Source of the DNA: Eledone cirrhosa
Lineage: Eukaryota
Assembly: GCA_964016885.1 (NCBI GenBank)
Contig: OZ024744.1
Coordinates: forward strand, 128,154,001-128,218,000
Length of the DNA stretch: 64,000 nt
Direction: 5' to 3'
The position numbers and the translations under genes are program-made. This document shows positions 1-10,090 of this stretch, one piece after another; position 1 is the stretch's first letter; the number at the start of each line of letters is the position of its first letter. Below the pieces are notes generated by a model, which ran no database searches, was not told where the DNA came from, and saw only the letters and a list, made by a program, of their open reading frames with translations.

Positions 1-2910
1 AGTTAAGTTGGGGTTAAGTTAAGTTGGGGTTAAGTTAAGTTGGGGTTAAGATAAGTTGGGGTTAAGTTAAGTTGGGGTTAATTTAAGTTGGGGTTGAGTT
101 AATTTGGGTTTAAGTTAAGTTGGCCTTAACTTAAGTTGGGGTTAAGTTAAGTTGGGGTTAAGTTAAGTTGGGGGTAAGTTAAGTTGGGGGCAAGTTAAGT
201 TGGGGTTAATTTAAGTTGGGGTTAAGTTAAGTTGGGGTTAAGTTAAGTTGGGGGTAACTTAAGTTGGGGTTAAGTTAAGTTGAGGGTAAGTTAAGTTGAG
301 GTTAAGTTAAGTTGGGGTTAAGTTAAGTTGGGGGTAAGTTAAGTTGGGGGTAAGTTAAGTTGGGGTTAAGTTAAGTTGGGGTTAAATTAAGTTGAGGTTA
401 AGTTAATTTGGGGTTAAGTTAAGTTGGGGTTAAGTTAAGTTGGGGGTAAGATAAGTTGGGGCTAAGTTAAGTCGGGGCTAAGTCAAGTTGGGGTTAAGTC
501 AAGTTGGGGTTAAGTCAAGTTGAGGTTAACTTAAGTTGGGGTTAAGTTAAGTTGGGGTTAAGTTAAGTTGGGGTTAACGTAAGTTGGGGTTAAGTTAAGT
601 TGGGGCTAAGTTAAGTTGGGGCTAAGTTAAGTTGGGGCTGAGTTAAGTTGGGGTTAAGTTGGGGTTGAGTTAAGTTGGGGTTAAGTTAAGTTGGGATTAA
701 GTTAAGTTGGGGTTAAGTTAAGTTCGGGTTGAGTTAAGTTGGGGTTAAGTTAAGTTGGGGTTAATTTAAGTTGGGGTTAAGTTAAGTTGGGGTTAAGATA
801 AGTTGGGGTTAAGTTAAGTTGGGGTTAAGTTAAGTTGGGGTTGAGTTAATTTGGGGTTAAGTTAAGTTGGGGTTAACTTAAGTTGGGGTTAAGTTAAGTT
901 GGGGTTAACTTAAGTTGGGGGTAAGTTAAGTCGGGGTTAAGTTAAGTTGGGGTTAAGTTAAGTTGGGTTTAAGTTAAGTTGGGGCTAAGTTAAGTTGGGG
1001 CTAAGTTAAATTGGGGCTGAGTTAAGTTGGGGGTAAGTTAAGTTGGGTGTAAGTTAAGTTGGGGTTAAGTTAAGTTGGGGTTAAGTTAAGCTGGGGTTAA
1101 GTTAAGTTGGGGTTAAGTTAAGTTGGGGTTAAGTTAAGATGGGGTTGAATTAAGTTGGGGTTGAGTTAAGTTGGGGTTAATTTAAGTTGGGGTTAAGTTA
1201 AGTTGGGGTTAAGTTAAGTTGGGGTTAAGTTAAGTTGGGGGTAAGTTAAGTTGGGGTTAATGTAAGTTGGGGTTAAGTTAAGTTGGGGTTAAGTTAATTT
1301 GGAGTTAAGTCAAGTTGGTGTTAAGTCAAGTTGGGGTTAAGTCAAGTTGGGGTTAAGTCAAGTTGGGGTTAAGTTAAGTTGGGGTTAAGTTAAGTTGGGG
1401 TTAAGTTAAGTTGGGGGTAAGTTAAGTTGGGTGTAAGTTAAGTTGGGGTAAGTTAAGTTGGGGTTCAGTTCAGTTGGGGTTAAGTTAAGTTGGGGTTAAG
1501 TTAAGCTGGGGGTAAGTTAAGTTGGGGTTAAGTTAAGTTGGGGTTAAGTTAAGTTGGGGTTAAGTTAAGTTGGGGTTCAGTTAAGTTGGGGTTAAGTTAA
1601 TTTGGGGCTGAGTTAAGTTGGGGTTAAGTTCAGTTCGGGTTGAGTTAAGTTGGGGTTAAGTTAAGTTGGGGTTAAGTTAAGTTGGGGTTAAGTTAAGTTG
1701 GGGTTAAGATAAGTTGGGGTTAAGTTAAGTTGGGGTTAATTTAAGTTGGGGTTGAGTTAATTTGGGTTTAAGTTAAGTTGGCCTTAACTTAAGTTGGGGT
1801 TAAGTTAAGTTGGGGTTAAGTTAAGTTGGGGGTAAGTTAAGTTGGGGGCAAGTTAAGTTGGGGTTAATTTAAGTTGGGGTTAAGTTAAGTTGGGGTTAAG
1901 TTAAGTTGGGGGTAACTTAAGTTGGGGTTAAGTTAAGTTGAGGGTAAGTTAAGTTGAGGTTAAGTTAAGTTGGGGTTAAGTTAAGTTGGGGGTAAGTTAA
2001 GTTGGGGGTAAGTTAAGTTGGGGTTAAGTTAAGTTGGGGTTAAATTAAGTTGAGGTTAAGTTAATTTGGGGTTAAGTTAAGTTGGGGTTAAGTTAAGTTG
2101 GGGGTAAGATAAGTTGGGGCTAAGTTAAGTTGGGGCTAAGTCAAGTTGGGGTTAAGTCAAGTTGGGGTTAAGTCAAGTTGAGGTTAACTTAAGTTGGGGT
2201 TAAGTTAAGTTGGGGTTAAGTTAAGTTGGGGTTAACGTAAGTTGGGGTTAAGTTAAGTTGGGGCTAAGTTAAGTTGGGGCTAAGTTAAGTTGGGGCTGAG
2301 TTAAGTTGGGGTTAAGTTGGGGTTGAGTTAAGTTGGGGTTAAGTTAAGTTGGGATTAAGTTAAGTTGGGGTTAAGTTAAGTTCGGGTTGAGTTAAGTTGG
2401 GGTTAAGTTAAGTTGGGGTTAATTTAAGTTGGGGTTAAGTTAAGTTGGGGTTAAGATAAGTTGGGGTTAAGTTAAGTTGGGGTTAAGTTAAGTTGGGGTT
2501 GAGTTAATTTGGGGTTAAGTTAAGTTGGGGTTAACTTAAGTTGGGGTTAAGTTAAGTGGGGTCAACTTAAGTTGGGGGTAAGTTAAGTCGGGGTTAAGTT
2601 AAGTTGGGGTTAAGTTAAGTTGGGTTTAAGTTAAGTTGGGGCTAAGTTAAGTTGGGGCTAAGTTAAATTGGGGCTGAGTTAAGTTGGGGGTAAGTTAAGT
2701 TGGGTGTAAGTTAAGTTGGGGTTAAGTTAAGTTGGGGTTAAGTTAAGCTGGGGTTAAGTTAAGTTGGGGTTAAGTTAAGTTGGGGTTAAGTTAAGTTGGG
2801 GTTGAGTTAAGTTGGGGTTGAGTTAAGTTGGGGTTAATTTAAGTTGGGGTTAAGTTAAGTTGGGGTTAAGTTAAGTTGGGGTTAAGTTAAGTTGGGGGTA
2901 AGTTAAGTTG
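1..2910 (+). repeat. Tandem higher-order duplication with a 1,658-bp period (first copy probably starts upstream of the window)
   Basis: Rare markers recur at +1,658: GGCC at 122/1780 and AACGT at 576/2234. The order of intervening variants is shared. The end point is approximate. Confidence 0.9.
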
Positions 2911-3759
2911 GGGGCAAGTTAAGTTGGGGTTAAGTTAAGTTGGGGTTAAGTTAAGTTGGGGTTAAGTTAAGTTAGGGTTAATTTAAGTTGGGGTTATGTT
3001 AAGTTGGGGTTAAGTTAAGTTGGGGTTAAGTTAAGTTGGTGTTAAGTAAAGTTGGGGTTAAGTTAAGTTGTGGGTTAAGTTAAGTTGGGGTTAAGTTAAG
3101 TTGGGGTTAAGTTAAGTTGGTGTTAAGTAAAGTTGGGCTTAAGTTAAGTTGGGTTTGAGTTAAGTTGGGGCTAAGTTAAGTTAGGGCTAAGTTAAGTTGG
3201 GGTTAAGTTAAGTTGGGGCTAGGTTAAGTTGGGTCTAAGTTAAGTTGGGGTTAAGTTAAGTTGGGGTTAAGTTAAGTTGGGGTTAAATTAAGTTGGGGTT
3301 AAGTTAAGTTGGGGTTAAGCTAAGTTGGGGTTAAGTTAATTTGCGGTTAAGTTAGGTTGTGGGTTAAGTTAAGTTGGGGGTAAGTTAAGTTGGGGGTAAG
3401 TTAAGTTGGGGTTAATTTAAGTTGGGGTTAAGTTAAGTTGGGGTTAAGTTAAGTTGGGGTTAAGTTAAGTTGGCGTTAAGTTAACTTGGGGTAAAGTTAA
3501 GTTGGGGTTAAGTTAAGTTGGGGTTAAGTTAAGTTGGGGTTAAGTCAAGTTGGGGTTAAGTCAAGTTGGGGTTAAGTCAAGTTGGGGTTAAGTTAAGTTG
3601 GGGTTAAGTTAAGTTGGAGGTAAGTTAAGTTGGGTGTAAGTTAAGTTGGGGTTAAGTTAAAATGTGGTTAAGTTCAGTTGGGGTTAAGTTAAGTTGGGGT
3701 TAAGTTAAGTTGGGGGTAAGTTAAGTTGGGGGCAAGTTAAGTTGGGGTTAAGTTAAGTT

Positions 3760-4870
3760 GGGGTTAAGTTAAGTTGGGGTTAAGTTAAGTTGGGGTCAAG
3801 TTAAGTTGGGGTTAAGTTAAGTTAGGATTAATTTCAGTTGGGGTTATGTTAAGTTGGGGTTAAGTTAAGTTGGGGTTAATTTAAAGTTGGGGTTAAGTTA
3901 AGTTGGGGTAAAGTTAAGTTAGGGTTAAGTTAAGTTGGGGTTAAGTTAAGTTGGGGTTAAATTAAGTTGGGGTTAAGTTAAGTTGGGGTTAAGTTAAGTT
4001 GGGGTTAAATTAAGTTGGGGTTCAGTTAAGTTGGGTTTAAATTAAGTTGGGGTTAAGTTAAGTTGGGGTTAGTTAAGTTGGGGTTAAGTTAAGTTGGGGT
4101 TAAGTTAAGTTGGGGTTAAGTTAAATTGGGGTTAAGTTAAGTTGGGGTTAAGTTAAGTTGGGGTTAATTTAAGTTGGGGTTAAGTTAAGTTGGGGTTAAG
4201 TTAAGTTGGAGTTAAGTCAAGTTGGGGTTAAGTCAAGTTGCGGTTAAGTCAAGTTGCGGTTAAGTCAAGTTGGGGTTAAGTCAAGTTGGGGTTAAGTTAA
4301 GTTGGGGTTAAGTTAAGTTGGGGTTAAGTTAAGTTGGGGTCAAGTTAAGTTGGGGTTAAGTTAAGTTAGGATTAATTTCAGTTGGGGTTATGTTAAGTTG
4401 GGGTTAAGTTAAGTTGGGGTTAATTTAAAGTTGGGGTTAAGTTAAGTTGGGGTAAAGTTAAGTTAGGGTTAAGTTAAGTTGGGGTTAAGTTAAGTTGGGG
4501 TTAAATTAAGTTGGGGTTAAGTTAAGTTGGGGTTAAGTTAAGTTGGGGTTAAATTAAGTTGGGGTTCAGTTAAGTTGGGTTTAAATTAATTTGGGGTTAA
4601 GTTAAGTTGGGGTTAGTTAAGTTGGGGTTAAGTTAAGTTGGGGTTAAGTTAAGTTGGGGTTAAGTTAAGTTGGGGTTAAGTTAAGTTGGCGTTAAGTTAA
4701 GTTGGGGTTAAGTTAAGTTGGGGTTAAATTAAGTTGGGGTTAAGTTAAGTTGGGGTTAATTTAAGTTGGGGTTAAGTTAAGTTGGGGTTAAGTTAAGTTG
4801 GAGTTAAGTCAAGTTGGGGTTAAGTCAAGTTGCGGTTAAGTCAAGTTGGGGTTAAGTCAAGTTGGGGTTA
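3760..4870 (+). repeat. 544-bp (34-monomer) tandem duplication, also present at ~32.4-33.5 kb and ~40.3-41.4 kb
   Basis: The marker AGGATTAATTTCAG occurs at 3824/4368, 32462/33006 and 40391/40935, always +544. Boundaries are approximate. Confidence 0.85.
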
Positions 4871-7800
4871 AGTTAAGTTGGGGTTAAGTTAAGTTGGGGT
4901 TAAGTTAAGTTGGGGGTAAGTTAAGTTGGGTGTAAGTTAAGTTGGGGTTAAGTTAAGTTGGGGTTCAGTTCAGTTGGGGTTAAGTTGGGGTTAAGTTAAG
5001 CTGGGGGTAAGTTAAGTTGGGGTTAAGTTAAGTTGGGGTTAAGTTAAGTTGGGTTTAAGTTAAGTTGGAGTTAAGTTAAGTTGGAGTTAAGTTAAGTTGG
5101 GGTTAAGCTAAGTTGGGGTTAAGCTAAGTTGGGGTTAAGTTAATTTGGGGCTGAGTTAAGTTGGGGTTAAGTTAAGTTCGGGTTGAGTTAAGTTGGGGTT
5201 AAGTTAAGTTGGGGTTAAGTTAAGTTGGGGTTAAGTTAAGTTGGGGTTAAGATAAGTTGGGGTTAAGTTAAGTTGGGGTTAATTTAAGTTGGGGTTGGGT
5301 TAATTTGGGTTTAAGTTAAGTTGGGCTTAACTTTAGTTGGGGTTAAGTTGGGGTTAAGTTAAGTTGGGGTTAAGTTAAGTTGGGGGTAAGTTAAGTTGGG
5401 GGCAAGTTAAGTTGGGGTTAATTTAAGTTGGGGTTAAGTTAAGTTGGGGTTATGTTAAGTCGGGGTTAAGTTAAGTTGGGGGTAACTTAAGTTGGGGTTA
5501 AGTTAATTTGGGGGTAAGTTAAGTTGGGGTTAAGTTAAGTTGGGGGTAAGTTAAGTTGAGGGTAAGTTAAGTTGGGGTTAAGTTAAGTTGCGGTTAAATT
5601 AAGTTGAGGTTAAGTTAAGTTGGGGTTAAGTTAAGTTGGGGGTAAGATAAGTTGGGGGTAAGATAAGTTGGGGCTAAGTTAACTTGGGGCTAAGTCAAGT
5701 TGGGGTTAATTCAAGTTGAGGTTAACTTAAGTTGGGGTTAAGTTAAGTTGGGGTTAAGTTAAGTTGGGGTTAAGGTAAGTTGGGGTTATGTTAAGTTGGG
5801 GCTAAGTTAAGTTGGGGCTAAGTTAAGTTGGGGCTGAGTTAAGTTGGGGTTAAGTTAAGTTGGGGTTGAGTTAAGTTGGGGTTAAGTTAAGTTGGGATTA
5901 AGTTAAGTTGGGGTTAAGTTAAGTTCGGCTTGAGTTAAGTTGGGGTTAAGTTAAGTTGGGGTTAATTTAAGTTGGGGTTAAGTTAAGTTGGGGTTAAGAT
6001 AAGTTGGGGTTAAGTTAAGTTGGGGTTAAGTTAAGTTGGGGTTGAGTTAATTTGGGGTTAAGTTAAGTTGGGGTTAACTTAAGTTGGGGTTAAGTTGGGG
6101 TTAAGTTAAGTTGGGGGTAGGTTAAGTTGGGGGCAAGTTAAGTTGGGGTTAAGTTAAGTTGGGGTTAAGTTAAGTTGGGGGTAAGTTAAGTCGGGGTTAA
6201 GTTAAGTTGGGGTTAATTTAAGTTGAGGTTAAGTTAAGTTGGGGTTAAGGTAAGTTGGGGTTAAGTTAATTTGCGGTTAAGTTAGGTTGTGGGTTAAGTT
6301 AAGTTGGGGTTAAGTTAAGCTGGGGTTAAGTTGGGGTAAGTTAAGTTGGGGGTAAGTTAAGTTGGGGTTAAGTTAAGTTGGGGTTAAGTTAAGTTGGGGT
6401 TAAGTTAAGTTGGGGTTAAGTTAAGTTGGGGTTGAGTTAAGTTGGGGTTGAGTCAAGTTGGGGTTAAGTTAAGTTGGGGTTAAGTTAAGTTGGGGTTAAG
6501 TTAAGTTGGGGTTAAGTTAAGCTGGGGTTAAGTTGGGGTAAGTTAAGTTGGGGGTAAGTTAAGTTGGGGTTAAGTTAAGTTGGGGTTAAGGTAAGTTGGG
6601 GTTATGTTAAGTTGGGGCTAAGTTAAGTTGGGGCTAAATCAAGTTGGGGTTAAGTCAAGTTGAGGTTAACTTAAGTTGGGGCTAAGTTAAGTTGGGGTTA
6701 AGTTAAGTTGGGGTTAAGTTAAGTTGGGGTTAAGGTAAGTTGGGGTTATGTTAAGTTGGGGCTAAGTTAAGTTGGGGCTAAGTTAAGTTGGGGCTGAGTT
6801 AAGTTGGGGTTAAGTTAAGTTGGGGTTGAGTTAAGTTGGGGTTAAGTTAAGTTGGGATTAAGTTAAGTTGGGGTTAAGTTAAGTTGGGGTTAAGATAAGT
6901 TGGGGTTAAGTTAAGTTGGGGTTAAGTTAAGTTGGGGTTGAGTTAATTTGGGGTTAAGTTAAGTTGGGGTTAACTTAAGTTGGGGTTAAGTTGGGGTTAA
7001 GTTAAGTTGGGGGTAGGTTAAGTTGGGGGCAAGTTAAGTTGGGGTTAAGTTAAGTTGGGGTTAAGTTAAGTTGGGTTTAAGTTAAGTTGGGGCTAAGTTA
7101 AGTTGGGGCTAAGTTAAGTTGGGGCTGAGTTAAGTTGGGTGTAAGTCAAGTTGGGGTTAAGTCAAGTTGCGGTTAAGTCAAGTTGCGGTTAAGTCAAGTT
7201 GGGGTTAAGTCAAGTTGGGGTTAAGTTAAGTTGGGGTTAAGTTAAGTTGGGGTTAAGTTAAGTTGGGGTCAAGTTAAGTTGGGGTTAAGTTAAGTTAGGA
7301 TTAATTTCAGTTGGGGTTATGTTAAGTTGGGGTTAAGTTAAGTTGGGGTTAATTTAAAGTTGGGGTTAAGTTAAGTTGGGGTAAAGTTAAGTTAGGGTTA
7401 AGTTAAGTTGGGGTTAAGTTAAGTTGGGGTTAAATTAAGTTGGGGTTAAGTTAAGTTGGGGTTAAGTTAAGTTGGGGTTAAATTAAGTTGGGGTTCAGTT
7501 AAGTTGGGTTTAAATTAAGTTGGGGTTAAGTTAAGTTGGGGTTAGTTAAGTTGGGGTTAAGTTAAGTTGGGGTTAAGTTAAGTTGGGGTTAAGTTAAGTT
7601 GGGGTTAAGTTAAGTTGGCGTTAAGTTAAGTTGGGGTTAAGTTAAGTTGGGGTTAAATTAAGTTGGGGTTAAGTTAAGTTGGGGTTAATTTAAGTTGGGG
7701 TTAAGTTAAGTTGGGATTAAGTTAAGTTGGAGTTAAGTCAAGTTGGGGTTAAGTCAAGTTGCGGTTAAGTCAAGTTGGGGTTAAGTCAAGTTGGGGTTAA

Positions 7801-10090
7801 GTTAAGTTGGGGTTAAGTTAAGTTGGGGTTAATTTAAGTTGGGGGTAAGTTAAGTTGGGTGTAAGTTAAGTTGGGGTTAAGTTAAGTTGGGGTTCAGTTC
7901 AGTTGGGGTTAAGTTGGGGTTAAGTTAAGCTGGGGGTAAGTTAAGTTGGGGTTAAGTTAAGTTGGGGTTAAGTTAAGTTGGGGTTAAGTTAAGTTGGGTT
8001 TAAGTTAAGTTGGAGTTAAGTTAAGTTGGAGTTAAGTTAAGTTGGGGTTAAGCTAAGTTGGGGTTAAGCTAAGTTGGGGTTAAGTTAATTTGGGGCTGAG
8101 TTAAGTTGGGGTTAAGTTAAGTTCGGGTTGAGTTAAGTTGGGGTTAAGTTAAGTTGGGGTTAAGTTAAGTTGGGGTTAAGTTAAGTTGGGGTTAAGATAA
8201 GTTGGGGTTAAGTTAAGTTGGGGTTAATTTAAGTTGGGGTTGAGTTAATTTGGGTTTAAGTTAAGTTGGGCTTAACTTTAGTTGGGGTTAAGTTGGGGTT
8301 AAGTTAAGTTGGGGTTAAGTTAAGTTGGGGGTAAGTTAAGTTGGGGGCAAGTTAAGTTGGGGTTAATTTAAGTTGGGGTTAAGTTAAGTTGGGGTTATGT
8401 TAAGTCGGGGTTAAGTTAAGTTGGGGGTAACTTAAGTTGGGGTTAAGTTAATTTGGGGGTAAGTTAAGTTGGGGTTAAGTTAAGTTGGGGGTAAGTTAAG
8501 TTGAGGGTAAGTTAAGTTGGGGTTAAGTTAAGTTGGGGTTAAATTAAGTTGAGGTTAAGTTAAGTTGGGGTTAAGTTAAGTTGGGGGTAAGATAAGTTGG
8601 GGGTAAGATAAGTTGGGGCTAAGTTAACTTGGGGCTAAGTCAAGTTGGGGTTAATTCAAGTTGAGGTTAACTTAAGTTGGGGTTAAGTTAAGTTGGGGTT
8701 AAGTTAAGTTGGGGTTAAGGTAAGTTGGGGTTATGTTAAGTTGGGGCTAAGTTAAGTTGGGGCTAAGTTAAGTTGGGGCTGAGTTAAGTTGGGGTTAAGT
8801 TAAGTTGGGGTTGAGTTAAGTTGGGGTTAAGTTAAGTTGGGATTAAGTTAAGTTGGGGTTAAGTTAAGTTCGGCTTGAGTTAAGTTGGGGTTAAGTTAAG
8901 TTGGGGTTAATTTAAGTTGGGGTTAAGTTAAGTTGGGGTTAAGATAAGTTGGGGTTAAGTTAAGTTGGGGTTAAGTTAAGTTGGGGTTGAGTTAATTTGG
9001 GGTTAAGTTAAGTTGGGGTTAACTTAAGTTGGGGTTAAGTTGGGGTTAAGTTAAGTTGGGGGTAGGTTAAGTTGGGGGCAAGTTAAGTTGGGGTTAAGTT
9101 AAGTTGGGGTTAAGTTAAGTTGGGGGTAAGTTAAGTCGGGGTTAAGTTAAGTTGGGGTTAATTTAAGTTGAGGTTAAGTTAAGTTGGGGTTAAGGTAAGT
9201 TGGGGTTAAGTTAATTTGCGGTTAAGTTAGGTTGTGGGTTAAGTTAAGTTGGGGTTAAGTTAAGCTGGGGTTAAGTTGGGGTAAGTTAAGTTGGGGGTAA
9301 GTTAAGTTGGGGTTAAGTTAAGTTGGGGTTAAGTTAAGTTGGGGTTAAGTTAAGTTGGGGTTAAGTTAAGTTGGGGTTGAGTTAAGTTGGGGTTGAGTTA
9401 AGTTGGGGTTAAGTTAAGTTGGGGTTAAGTTAAGTTGGGGTTAAGTTAAGTTGGGGTTAAGTTAAGCTGGGGTTAAGTTGGGGTAAGTTAAGTTGGGGGT
9501 AAGTTAAGTTGGGGTTAAGTTAAGTTGGGGTTAAGGTAAGTTGGGGTTATGTTAAGTTGGGGCTAAGTTAAGTTGGGGCTAAATCAAGTTGGGGTTAAGT
9601 CAAGTTGAGGTTAACTTAAGTTGGGGCTAAGTTAAGTTGGGGTTAAGTTAAGTTGGGGTTAAGTTAAGTTGGGGTTAAGGTAAGTTGGGGTTATGTTAAG
9701 TTGGGGCTAAGTTAAGTTGGGGCTAAGTTAAGTTGGGGCTGAGTTAAGTTGGGGTTAAGTTAAGTTGGGGTTGAGTTAAGTTGGGGTTAAGTTAAGTTGG
9801 GATTAAGTTAAGTTGGGGTTAAGTTAAGTTGGGGTTAAGATAAGTTGGGGTTAAGTTAAGTTGGGGTTAAGTTAAGTTGGGGTTGAGTTAATTTGGGGTT
9901 AAGTTAAGTTGGGGTTAACTTAAGTTGGGGTTAAGTTGGGGTTAAGTTAAGTTGGGGGTAGGTAAAGTTGGGGGCAAGTTAAGTTGGGGTTAAGTTAAGT
10001 TGGGGTTAAGTTAAGTTGGGTTTAAGTTAAGTTGGGGCTAAGTTAAGTTGGGGCTAAGTTAAGTTGGGGCTGAGTTAAGTTGGGTGTAAG
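4215..10090 (+). repeat. 2,945-bp tandem duplication (2,929 before a one-monomer indel), with a homologous pair at ~40.8-46.7 kb
   Basis: CGGCTT at 5926/8871 and 42509/45454 (+2,945). AGGATT at 4368/7297 (+2,929) and 40935/43880 (+2,945). Confidence 0.88.

Noticed and set aside
526-540. AACTTAAGTT palindromes as terminators or operator sites
   Set aside because: They arise from a single G-to-C change in the monomer. They are only 10 bp with no loop, and there is no gene context.
2968-2980. TTAGGG hexamers as interstitial canonical telomere repeats
   Set aside because: They are isolated single G-to-A variants of TTGGGG within the 16-bp frame and are never tandem.
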